A stretch of 22,101 nt of DNA from Myxococcota bacterium. GTDB lineage: Bacteria; Myxococcota_A; Polyangia; Polyangiales; Sandaracinaceae. Location: positions 1-22,101 of the forward strand of contig JAYZQJ010000032.1 in assembly GCA_036149055.1 (NCBI GenBank), in the 5' to 3' direction. The translations under genes were made by a program, and so were the position numbers. This document shows, one piece after another, positions 1-7,280 of this stretch (its first letter is position 1; every line of letters begins with the position of its first letter). Below the pieces are notes generated by a model that saw nothing but the letters and a program-made list of their open reading frames with translations, made no database searches and was not told the origin of the DNA.

Positions 1-891
1 GGTCGGGCTGGCGGTCGGGCGCGGGCGCGCGGCGCGGCGGGCGATGCGCTCGGGGCGCGGCGCGATGGCGACGGGCTCGACGACGACCGGCTCGGGCTCG
101 GGCTCGGCGGTGAGCTCGGGCTCGGCCGCCAGCTCGGGCTCGGCCGCCAGCTGGGGCTCGGCGGGAGCCGGGGGCTCGGGCGCCTCGACGACCGGCGCGG
201 GCGTCGGAGCCGCGGCGAGCTCCGGGGTCGGCGCGGGGGAGCGGGCGACGACCCACCAGGCGGCCACGCCGAAGCCGACCACCAGGGCGAGGGAGGCGAC
301 GACCCACGCGGCGAGGTAGCGGCGGCGATCGTCGTCCTGCTCGGCGGCGGGCGGCGGGCCGAGCGGCTGGGGCGCGAGGCTCGGCATCAGCGAGGCGCGC
401 GGGCCGCCCATCTGTCCGACGACGTCCTCGAGGTCGACGCGGTCGCTGCGCACGTCGAGGGTCTCGGCGTCCTCGAGCTCCTCGCCGAGGTCGCCGTCGA
501 GGTCGAGGGTCGCGTCGAGCGTGGGCAGCGCCGGCGGGGTGGGCGCGAGGCGGATCGGAGGCGCGGCGCGCCCGGGCTCCGGCGGGGCGTCGAGGTCGAG
601 CGTGTCGTCCTCGGCGAGCTCCGGCACGGTGTCTTCGTCGTCGGAGACCTCGGGCAGCGGCGCGAGCATGCGCACCGGGCGCGGCACCCGGAGCGGCGGC
701 GGGGGAGCCGCCACCTTCTTCGCCGGGATCGCCTTCTTCTCGGGAGCGGGGGGCCGCGACGAGGCGAGCCCGGTGGGGAGCGGCGGCGGCTTGGGCACGT
801 CGACCCGCTTCCGGCTCACCGGGACCACGTCCGAGAACGTGCCTCGCGGGATGGGCGGCGGGGTCTTGGCGTTCTTCTCGGCTGCGTCCAT
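1..891 (-). CDS. Pro/Glu-rich single-pass membrane protein, hypothetical (3' end runs off the window)
   Basis: Hand translation from ATG at 891: MDAAEKNAKTPPPIPRGTFSDVVPVSRKRVDVPKPPPLP..., open to base 1. Hydrophobic segment RRRYLAAWVVASLALVVGFGVAAWWVVAR is followed by AEPE repeats. GGAG lies upstream of the start. Absent from the ORF track because there is no stop in the window. Confidence 0.8.
   Translation of the reverse strand, partial: MDAAEKNAKTPPPIPRGTFSDVVPVSRKRVDVPKPPPLPTGLASSRPPAPEKKAIPAKKVAAPPPPLRVPRPVRMLAPLPEVSDDEDTVPELAEDDTLDLDAPPEPGRAAPPIRLAPTPPALPTLDATLDLDGDLGEELEDAETLDVRSDRVDLEDVVGQMGGPRASLMPSLAPQPLGPPPAAEQDDDRRRYLAAWVVASLALVVGFGVAAWWVVARSPAPTPELAAAPTPAPVVEAPEPPAPAEPQLAAEPELAAEPELTAEPEPEPVVVEPVAIAPRPERIARRAARPRPTASPT
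113..165. repeat. 18-bp coding tandem repeat (AGCTCGGGCTCGGCCGCC), two exact copies plus a degenerate one, encoding LAAEPE on the minus strand
   Basis: Units at 113-130 and 131-148, degenerate unit from 149. Confidence 0.75.
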
Positions 892-919
892 GTTCGATTC
901 CACTCCGAGAGGACTTTCA

Positions 920-936
920 TACAAATACTGGGCCAC
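920..936 (-). promoter_or_regulatory. Possible sigma54-like -24/-12 promoter for the 1..891 gene
   Basis: Minus strand reads GTGGCCCAGTATTTGTA (GG-N10-GT; consensus TGGCAC-N5-TTGC) in an AT-rich patch about 30 nt upstream of the ATG. The -12 C is mismatched. Confidence 0.3.
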
Positions 937-1085
937 GGGCCGCATCGGCGCATCGTCGCTGATCCGGGCGATTCCACTGTGACATCAGCGCCTCAGCTGT
1001 CTTCGACGCCCGCGAATTGGCGACGATTCCCCCCGGGCGAGTTGGCACGGTGGCGAGTGCAGGCGCCACCCGCCATCTTCGGACC

Positions 1086-1607
1086 GTGAGCGGGCTGAGA
1101 TGGATCTTCGGGTACGGGTCGCTGGTGTGGCGGCCGGCCTTCGAGCACCTCGAACGGCGGCCGGCGCGGCTTCGGGGCTGGGCGCGGCGCTTCTGGCAGG
1201 GCTCGACCGATCACCGCGGCGTTCCGGGCGCGCCAGGCCGGGTCGTCACCCTGGTGAGGGACCCGTCGGCGTCCACCGCCGGCATGGCCTACCGGGTCTC
1301 GGAGACGGTCTGGGCCGAGGTGATCGCCCAGCTCGATCACCGCGAGAAGGGCGGCTACGAGCGACACGAGGTCGAGCTGAGCGCGGCGGGCGACGCCCTC
1401 CCCGGCCTCGTCTACCTGGCCTCGGCCGAGAACCCGAGCTTCCTCGGGCCCGCGCCCCTCGACGAGATGGCGGCGCAGATCCGCGGCGCGCGGGGGCCGA
1501 GCGGGCCGAACCTCGAGTACCTGCTCGAGCTCGAGGCGTGGCTCCGGGCGCAGGGCGAGGACGACCCGCACGTCTTCGAGCTGGCGGCCGCCGCCCGCGG
1601 CGACTGA
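1086..1607 (+). CDS. chaC: Glutathione-specific gamma-glutamylcyclotransferase, ChaC family
   Basis: WIFGYGSLVW, RRFWQGSTDHRG..PGRVVTL, LDHREKGGY and GPSGPNLEYL motifs. Start placed at GTG 1086, just before the first motif. Confidence 0.9.
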   Translation: MSGLRWIFGYGSLVWRPAFEHLERRPARLRGWARRFWQGSTDHRGVPGAPGRVVTLVRDPSASTAGMAYRVSETVWAEVIAQLDHREKGGYERHEVELSAAGDALPGLVYLASAENPSFLGPAPLDEMAAQIRGARGPSGPNLEYLLELEAWLRAQGEDDPHVFELAAAARGD

Positions 1608-2402
1608 TCACATCGAGAAGGCGGCGCCCATGCCGGGCAGCCACGCGCCGCCGTCGACCACGAAGATCTCCCCGTGCACGTAGCTCGCCGCGTCGCTCGC
1701 GAGGAAGAGCGCGGCGTTGGCGATGTCCTCCACCCGGCCGAAGCGACCGAGCGGGACCGCCTTCTCGAGCTTGGCCTTCATGTCCGGCGGCGCGAGGCGG
1801 GTCATGCCCTCGGTGTCGTCGATCGGGCCGGGCGCGATCGCGTTCACCCGGATGCCCATCGAGCCCCACTCGAGCGCGAGGCTCTTGGTCAGCGAGTCCA
1901 CCGCCGCCTTGGCCGCCGACGCGTGGGTCTGGAGCGGCGTGGCCGCGTAATGCAGCGTGGCCGAGATGTTGAGGATCACCCCGCCGCGGTCGCGGAGGCC
2001 GCGCTCGAACGCGGCCCGGGTGACGTTCCAGGTGCCGATCGTGTCGATGTCGATCACGGTCTTGAACGCGTTGTAGGAGAGCGTCGCGGCCGGGCACAGG
2101 AAGTTGCCGGCCGCGCCATTCACCACGATGTCGACGTCGCCGAGCTGCTCGATGGCCGCGTCGAGCGCCGCCTCCACCGCCTTCGGCTCGCGCACGTCGG
2201 CGGGGGTGGCGACGCAGCGCCGGCCGGTCTCCTCGCTCAGCTCCTTCGCCACCGCCTCGAGGCGGTCCGCCTTGCGGCCGACGATCGCGGCGTCCGCGCC
2301 GTGCTGCATGAAGGCGCGGGTGATGCCCTTGCAGATGCCCGAGCCGCCGCCGGTGACGAAGGCGACCTTGCCCTCGAGGATGTCGTCCTTGAACACGCTC
2401 AT
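1608..2402 (-). CDS. SDR family oxidoreductase, 2,4-dienoyl-CoA reductase (DECR2/SPS19)-like
   Basis: TGGGSGI nucleotide-binding motif, NGAAGNF, NISATLHY, HASAAKA in place of YxxxK, LALEWG, AIAPGPI, VDGG. Confidence 0.88.
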   Translation of the reverse strand: MSVFKDDILEGKVAFVTGGGSGICKGITRAFMQHGADAAIVGRKADRLEAVAKELSEETGRRCVATPADVREPKAVEAALDAAIEQLGDVDIVVNGAAGNFLCPAATLSYNAFKTVIDIDTIGTWNVTRAAFERGLRDRGGVILNISATLHYAATPLQTHASAAKAAVDSLTKSLALEWGSMGIRVNAIAPGPIDDTEGMTRLAPPDMKAKLEKAVPLGRFGRVEDIANAALFLASDAASYVHGEIFVVDGGAWLPGMGAAFSM

Positions 2403-2409
2403 GAGGCCG

Positions 2410-2419
2410 ACTGTACACT
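2410..2419. promoter_or_regulatory. Overlapping back-to-back -10 hexamers (bidirectional, probably leaderless or near-leaderless promoter)
   Basis: Plus strand: TACACT at 2414-2419, 9 nt before GTG 2429. Minus strand: TACAGT at 2415-2410, 7 nt before ATG 2402. The intergenic gap is 26 bp with no clear SD. Confidence 0.6.
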
Positions 2420-2428
2420 CTGGGCGCC

Positions 2429-3526
2429 GTGCACGAGGTCGACGTCGTCATCGTGGGAGCCGGCGCGGTCGGGCTGGCGTGCGCCGCGGTCCTGGCACGG
2501 GCGGGGCGCGAGGTGCTCGTGCTCGACCGCGAGGCGGGGCCCGGCCGCGAGACCACCAGCCGGAACAGCGGCGTGGTGCACGCGGGGCTCTACTACCCGA
2601 CGGGCTCGCTGATGGCCGAGACCTGCGTGGAGGGGCGCACGCTGCTCTACGCACGCTGCCGCCGCGACGGCGTCGCGCACCGCAAGACCGAGAAGCTGAT
2701 CGTGGCCACCGAGGACGGCGACGAGGGCCGGCTCGAGGCGCTGCGCGCGCGCGGGATCGACAACGGCGCCGGGGCCCTCGAGCTCCTCGACGGCGCGGCG
2801 GTAGGGCGGCTCGAGCCGCGGGTCCGGGCCCGCGCGGGGCTGCGCTCGCCCGAGTCCGGCGTGGTCGACGCGCACGGCCTGGTGGGCAGCTACCTGGCGG
2901 AGGCGCAGGCCCACCGCGCGACCTTCGCCTGGCGCGCCGAGGCGGTGGCCATCGACGCCGACGCCCGCGGCGTGCGCGTCGAGGCGCGGAGCGCGGGCGA
3001 GACGGTGCGGCTGCGGGCCGGCGCGCTGGTGAACGCGGCGGGCCTCGCGAGCGATCGCGTGGCGGCGCTCGCCGGGGTGGACGTGGACGCGCGCGGATGG
3101 CGCCTGCACCCGTGCAAGGGAGACTACTTCGCCCTGTCTCCCCGCCTCGGCGCGATCACCCGCCGCCTCGTCTACCCGCTGCCGAGCGCGGCCGGCCTCG
3201 GGATCCACGTGACGATGGATCTCGGCGGCGTGTTCCGCGCCGGCCCCGACACCGAGTACGTCGACGCCCCGCGCTACGACGTCGACCCCTCGAAGGCGGC
3301 GCGCTTCGGCGAGGCGCTGCGCCGCTACCTGCCCGAGGTGCGCGACGAGGACCTCCGCCCGGACTACGCCGGGGTCCGGCCCAAGCTCCAGGGCCCGGGC
3401 GAGCCGAGGCGAGACTTCGTGCTCGCCGAGGAGCCGCGCCGCGTGGTGCACCTCGTCGGCATCGAGTCGCCGGGGCTCACCGCCTCCGAGGCGCTCGCCC
3501 GCCGGGTGCTCGAGCGGCTCTCCTGA
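2429..3526 (+). CDS. FAD-dependent oxidoreductase, L-2-hydroxyglutarate oxidase/dehydrogenase (LhgO/L2HGDH) family
   Basis: VVIVGAGAVG, ETTSRNSGVVHAGLYY, VNAAGL, KGDYF, LGIHVT, GPD, YAGVRPK and GIESPGLTAS motifs. Confidence 0.88.
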   Translation: MHEVDVVIVGAGAVGLACAAVLARAGREVLVLDREAGPGRETTSRNSGVVHAGLYYPTGSLMAETCVEGRTLLYARCRRDGVAHRKTEKLIVATEDGDEGRLEALRARGIDNGAGALELLDGAAVGRLEPRVRARAGLRSPESGVVDAHGLVGSYLAEAQAHRATFAWRAEAVAIDADARGVRVEARSAGETVRLRAGALVNAAGLASDRVAALAGVDVDARGWRLHPCKGDYFALSPRLGAITRRLVYPLPSAAGLGIHVTMDLGGVFRAGPDTEYVDAPRYDVDPSKAARFGEALRRYLPEVRDEDLRPDYAGVRPKLQGPGEPRRDFVLAEEPRRVVHLVGIESPGLTASEALARRVLERLS

Positions 3527-3529
3527 CGC

Positions 3530-4543
3530 TCAGGAGCGGCGCTTGATCGCCTTCTGGCGGCGGCGCTCGCGCTTCTCGGCCTTCTTCTTCACCGCCGCCT
3601 TGCGCTTCTCGGTCTGGGCCGGCGTGGGCTTGCGGCCGGGCAGCGGGGGCTGCTCGCTGTGGTGCTCGTCGATCGAGCCGAGCTGCAGGCCGAGCTCGAA
3701 GAGCGCCACCTCGCGGCGGCCGCGCTCGCCGATCCGGAAGGGCATCACCGCCGCGCCGATGCCCGCGCCGACGTAGAGGGCGCCCTTCTCCGCGCCCCCG
3801 TTCTGGCGCGCGCCGTAGAGGCCGTGCACGTACTTGTGGCCGGCGAGCTTGCCGACCGCGAGCTCGTGGAGCCGCGCGAGCGTGACCTGCCCGGCGTGGG
3901 TGTGGCCCGCGAGCACGAGCGGCACGTCGTGATGCCAGAGCCAGTCCGCCTCCTCGGCGATGTGGCTCAGCCCGACCGTCGGCAGGTCCTTGCGCAGGCC
4001 CTTCACCGCCGCGTCCCGGTCGGCGTGGCCGGTGTAGGCGTCGTCGAGGCCGACCACCTGCAGGCGCTCGTGCCGCAGGGTGATCACCGTGTTGCGGTTC
4101 TTCAGGATCTCGACGCCGGCCCGCCGGAGCGCGCGGTGCACCTCGTCGGCGCCCGACCAGTAGTCGTGATTGCCGAGCACGCCGATCGTCGGCGCGTCGA
4201 GCTCCGCGAGCACGCTCTCGAGCTGCTCGAGGTACATCTGGCTGTGACAGACGAAGTCGCCCGTGATCACCACCAGGTCGGGCGCCTGCGCGTTCGTCAT
4301 GCGCACCGCCTCGCGCTGCACCCGCTCGGGCGTGACGCGCCCGAAGTGCATGTCGGTCAGGTGCGCGACCCGGAGGTGCGAGACCTGACGGACGTGCTCC
4401 TCGGGCCCGGCGAACTGGCGCAGCTCGATGGGCTGGCGGCGAAAGCGGCGCCAGAGCGCCCGGTGGCTCCCCTTGAAGATCTCGGCCTGCTCGGCTGCGT
4501 ACTCGGCCGCTTCGTCTACGCTCGGGGGTGCCTCGGACAACAA
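3530..4543 (-). CDS. Calcineurin-like metallophosphoesterase, YkuE/YaeI family, with a basic C-terminal tail
   Basis: HLTDMH, ITGDFV, LGNHD, LSH and AGHTHAGQ motifs. GGGAG SD precedes TTG at 4543 (or 4540). The upstream part of the 930-aa ORF is antisense shadow of 4643..6334. Confidence 0.85.
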   Translation of the reverse strand: MLSEAPPSVDEAAEYAAEQAEIFKGSHRALWRRFRRQPIELRQFAGPEEHVRQVSHLRVAHLTDMHFGRVTPERVQREAVRMTNAQAPDLVVITGDFVCHSQMYLEQLESVLAELDAPTIGVLGNHDYWSGADEVHRALRRAGVEILKNRNTVITLRHERLQVVGLDDAYTGHADRDAAVKGLRKDLPTVGLSHIAEEADWLWHHDVPLVLAGHTHAGQVTLARLHELAVGKLAGHKYVHGLYGARQNGGAEKGALYVGAGIGAAVMPFRIGERGRREVALFELGLQLGSIDEHHSEQPPLPGRKPTPAQTEKRKAAVKKKAEKRERRRQKAIKRRS

Positions 4544-4629
4544 TCTCGCTCCCACGCGGGACGTAAGGCCGCCCCGTCGCGTCGCAAAGGGTAACCACGG
4601 CCGAGCGCCTGCGCACCCGGCGACGGAGC

Positions 4630-4635
4630 TATTCT
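4630..4635 (+). promoter_or_regulatory. Candidate -10 element (TATTCT) 7 nt before ATG 4643, leaderless-type
   Basis: gagcTATTCTccggtccATG; the nearest GGAG is 14 nt from the start. Confidence 0.5.
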
Positions 4636-4642
4636 CCGGTCC

Positions 4643-6334
4643 ATGCTCCGCTTCAGCACCGATCCGTCCGTCGCCGAGCGCCAGATGGAAGCGCTCATCT
4701 TCTCGCTGACCACCTTCGGCTACATCGACGGTGACTTCGACGACGCCGAGAGGGGCCTCATCAAGGAGACCATTCGTGGGCTCGTCGAGCGACGGGTCGA
4801 CACCGGCATGCCCGACGCGAGCGCCGACGTGCGCGCCGACCTCGTCGCCCGCTTCACGAAGCACTTCCACGAGAAGTTCGAGCGCATCGACGCGAAGGTG
4901 GAGGAGCTCTTCCACGAGCCGGTCGCCAAGGACGAGAGCCGCGACGACTTCGTGCACGCCAAGCTCAAGCAGCGTTGCTTCGAGCTCTTCCAGGGCTTCG
5001 ACCAGGGCAACCAGGAGGCGCTGCTCGAGAGCGTCGACGAGCTGATCCGCGCCGACGGCGAGCTGCACCCGGCCGAGCTGAAGTTCCGGGCCGAGCTCGC
5101 CGCCCTGCTCGAGTCGAGCCTGGACATGGAGCTGCTCGAGGACGCCGCCGAGGGTCCCCGAGCGTCGGTCTCCGCGCCGGTCACCGTGCGCGCCGAGGCC
5201 GATCACCCCTTCTTCCAGCAGTTCGAGTTCCACTACAGCGCCGACCCGGCGAAGATCGAGAAGCAGGTCGCGGCGGATCTGGCCCTCGTCGACCGCATGA
5301 TCGAGACGCTCGAGGCGCGGGCCGCGGCGGGCGCGGGGAGGCTCGCGGGCGCCCAGTCCGTCGCCGATCTCCCGCGCGGCGCCAGCTTCCTCGACGGCCA
5401 CACCCACGCGTGGATGCCGGCCGAGGGCGAGGCCTGCGAGCTGACGGTGCTCGGCGACCTGCACGGCTGCTACAGCTGCCTGAAGGGCGCGGTCACCCAG
5501 GCCCGCTTCTTCGAGAAGGTCGAGGCCTACAAGCGCGACCCGGCCAACCACCCCAACCCGAAGCTGGTGCTGCTGGGCGACTACATCGATCGCGGCATCT
5601 TCAGCCTCAACGGCGTGCTGCGCACGGTGATGGAGATGGCCACCCGGGCGCCCGATCACGTCTACGTGCTGCGCGGCAACCACGAGTACTACATCGAGTA
5701 CAAGGGCCAGGTGTACGGCGGCGTGAAGCCCGCCGAGGCGATCAACTCGCTCAAGCCGCACCTGCCGGTCGACGTCTTCCGCCGGTACATGCGGCTCTTC
5801 GACGTGCTGCCGAACGTGCTCCTGTTCGACCGCACGCTCTTCGTGCACGGCGGCATCCCGCGCGACCGGACCCTCAAGGAGCGCTGGCAGGATCTGTCGA
5901 CGTTCAACGACCCCGACGTGCGCTTCCAGATGATGTGGAGCGACCCGAGCGCCGCCGACGTGATCCCGGCCGCGCTGCAGGAGCAGACCGCGCGCTTCCC
6001 CTTCGGCAAGCTGCAGTTCGCCTCGTTCATGCGCCGGATCGGCTGCACGACCCTGGTGCGCGGACACGAGAAGGTCGAGGAGGGCTTCCGGCGCGTCTAC
6101 GACGACGACGCGGGGCTGTTGATCACGCTCTTCAGCGCGGGCGGGGACGGCAACCGCGACCTGCCCCCGAACAGCAGCTACCGGAACGTGACGCCCATGG
6201 GGATGACCCTGCACCGGTCGCGGGACGGGGAGACCACGATCACCCCGTTCACCATCGACTGGGAGAGCTTCAACGACCCGGAACGCAACGCCTTTCACCG
6301 CGCCCCGCCCGAGATCGCGCACCGCGTGGAGTAA
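4643..6334 (+). CDS. TerB-like N-terminal domain fused to a PPP-family Ser/Thr protein phosphatase
   Basis: N-terminal YIDGDFDDAE and IRADGELHPAE match the paired TerB ADG-x5-E motifs. C-terminal GDLHG, GDYIDRG, RGNHE, HGG, WSDP, RGHE and TLFSA are PPP motifs. Confidence 0.85.
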   Translation: MLRFSTDPSVAERQMEALIFSLTTFGYIDGDFDDAERGLIKETIRGLVERRVDTGMPDASADVRADLVARFTKHFHEKFERIDAKVEELFHEPVAKDESRDDFVHAKLKQRCFELFQGFDQGNQEALLESVDELIRADGELHPAELKFRAELAALLESSLDMELLEDAAEGPRASVSAPVTVRAEADHPFFQQFEFHYSADPAKIEKQVAADLALVDRMIETLEARAAAGAGRLAGAQSVADLPRGASFLDGHTHAWMPAEGEACELTVLGDLHGCYSCLKGAVTQARFFEKVEAYKRDPANHPNPKLVLLGDYIDRGIFSLNGVLRTVMEMATRAPDHVYVLRGNHEYYIEYKGQVYGGVKPAEAINSLKPHLPVDVFRRYMRLFDVLPNVLLFDRTLFVHGGIPRDRTLKERWQDLSTFNDPDVRFQMMWSDPSAADVIPAALQEQTARFPFGKLQFASFMRRIGCTTLVRGHEKVEEGFRRVYDDDAGLLITLFSAGGDGNRDLPPNSSYRNVTPMGMTLHRSRDGETTITPFTIDWESFNDPERNAFHRAPPEIAHRVE

Positions 6335-6370
6335 GGGGTGGAGTAGGGGGTCGAGTAGGGGGTCGAGGAG
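6326..6370 (+). repeat. 12-bp tandem repeat spanning the phosphatase stop codon (about 3.75 copies)
   Basis: GTGGAGTAAGGG GTGGAGTAGGGG GTCGAGTAGGGG GTCGAGGAG. Confidence 0.85.
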
Positions 6371-6432
6371 CGCCTCAAGATCCAGAGCGGTCGGTCGTTG
6401 GTCTCGTCGAGGGGCAAACGAGGAACCCGACC

Positions 6433-7266
6433 ATGAGCGCCGCCCGCAGAAGAGCCCAGACCGTCCCGGACCTGCCGGTCCGCCGCGTCTCCGATCCGCA
6501 GCGCCAGATGCGGGCGCACCTGTTGAACGAGGCGCTCGACGCGCTGATGGACCCGATGACGCGCGAGGAGCTGCTGCGCCGCGCCAACTGGGACGTCTCG
6601 CGGGCCCAGCCCCAGGACACGCAGCTCGGGATCGCCGAGTGGATCGACCGCGTGCTCTACCCGCTGCTCGGCGCCCGGCTCGGGCTCGCCGGCGCCGACG
6701 AGGCCCGCCGCCAGGTCCGGGCCCTGCTCGTGCCGGCCAGCGAGCCCCCGGCCAGCCTCTTCGAGGAGGTCGAGATCGACGTCGATCTCGAGGACCTCGT
6801 GCCGGACGAGGCCACGCCCGCGGCCAGCTCCGGCGTGCGCCAGGTGCGCCGCAAGAAGACCGGCCCCATCCCCACCCTGATCCCGCGCGCCAGCGGCTGC
6901 ACGGTGCTCGTGTGGACCGAGGACGACCGCGCCGCGACCGCGCTCCAGCACTTCATGGGCGCGCGCGCCGACCTCCGGGTCGCGCGGAGCGTCGAGGCCA
7001 CCCTGAGCCGGCTGCGCCTCTGCGGCGACGACATCGCCCTGGTCCTGATGGACCGGCGCGTGGGCGAAGACGAGGAGCTGCGCCTGCTCTCGAGCGGGGA
7101 CCTCGCCGACCACCAGGTCGTCGTCTGGGGCCCGCGCACCCTCGACACCCCGAGCTACCAGCGGCTCGTGTGCGAGGCCGACCGCGCGGTCGGGTGCACG
7201 GCGGAGGCCGACCTCCAGGACGTCGCCGATCTCTGCCTGGTGCTGCTCGGCCTCGCCGACGTTTGA
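6433..7266 (+). CDS. Hypothetical protein with a C-terminal atypical receiver (CheY-like) domain
   Basis: GAGGA SD before ATG 6433. Helical N-terminus, acidic linker, then TVLVWTEDD...VARSVEATL...IALVLMD...VVVWG, which follows the receiver beta/alpha pattern but lacks the conserved T/S and KP. Confidence 0.65.
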   Translation: MSAARRRAQTVPDLPVRRVSDPQRQMRAHLLNEALDALMDPMTREELLRRANWDVSRAQPQDTQLGIAEWIDRVLYPLLGARLGLAGADEARRQVRALLVPASEPPASLFEEVEIDVDLEDLVPDEATPAASSGVRQVRRKKTGPIPTLIPRASGCTVLVWTEDDRAATALQHFMGARADLRVARSVEATLSRLRLCGDDIALVLMDRRVGEDEELRLLSSGDLADHQVVVWGPRTLDTPSYQRLVCEADRAVGCTAEADLQDVADLCLVLLGLADV

Positions 7267-7268
7267 GC

Positions 7269-7274
7269 TACGCT
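7269..7274 (+). promoter_or_regulatory. Candidate -10 element (TACGCT) 6 nt before GTG 7281, leaderless-type
   Basis: gagcTACGCTgcggtcGTG, no SD. Confidence 0.5.
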
Positions 7275-7280
7275 GCGGTC

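Noticed and set aside
44..982. Plus-strand ORFs 44..319 and 521..982
   Set aside because: Gly/Ser-rich antisense shadows of the minus-strand gene 1..891.
1042..1061. TTGGCACG upstream of chaC as a sigma54 -24 box
   Set aside because: The next TGC is 3 nt too far for GG-N10-GC spacing, and the site lies close to the start codon.
4544..6322. 930-aa ORF 3530..6322 as one giant protein overlapping the phosphatase
   Set aside because: Only the last about 337 aa carry motifs. The rest is the stop-free antisense frame typical of high-GC genes, and an SD+TTG exists at 4543/4540.
6326..6370. Short repeats here (and at 16087-16156 and 21761-21805) as CRISPR arrays, or this one as a G-quadruplex
   Set aside because: The units are directly tandem without unique spacers and no cas genes are present. 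This repeat has only three runs of three or more G.
4975..7280. Long N-terminal extensions of ORFs 4975..7266 and 6639..8663
   Set aside because: Arg/Pro-rich off-frame readings of upstream genes; better starts are at 6433 and 7281.
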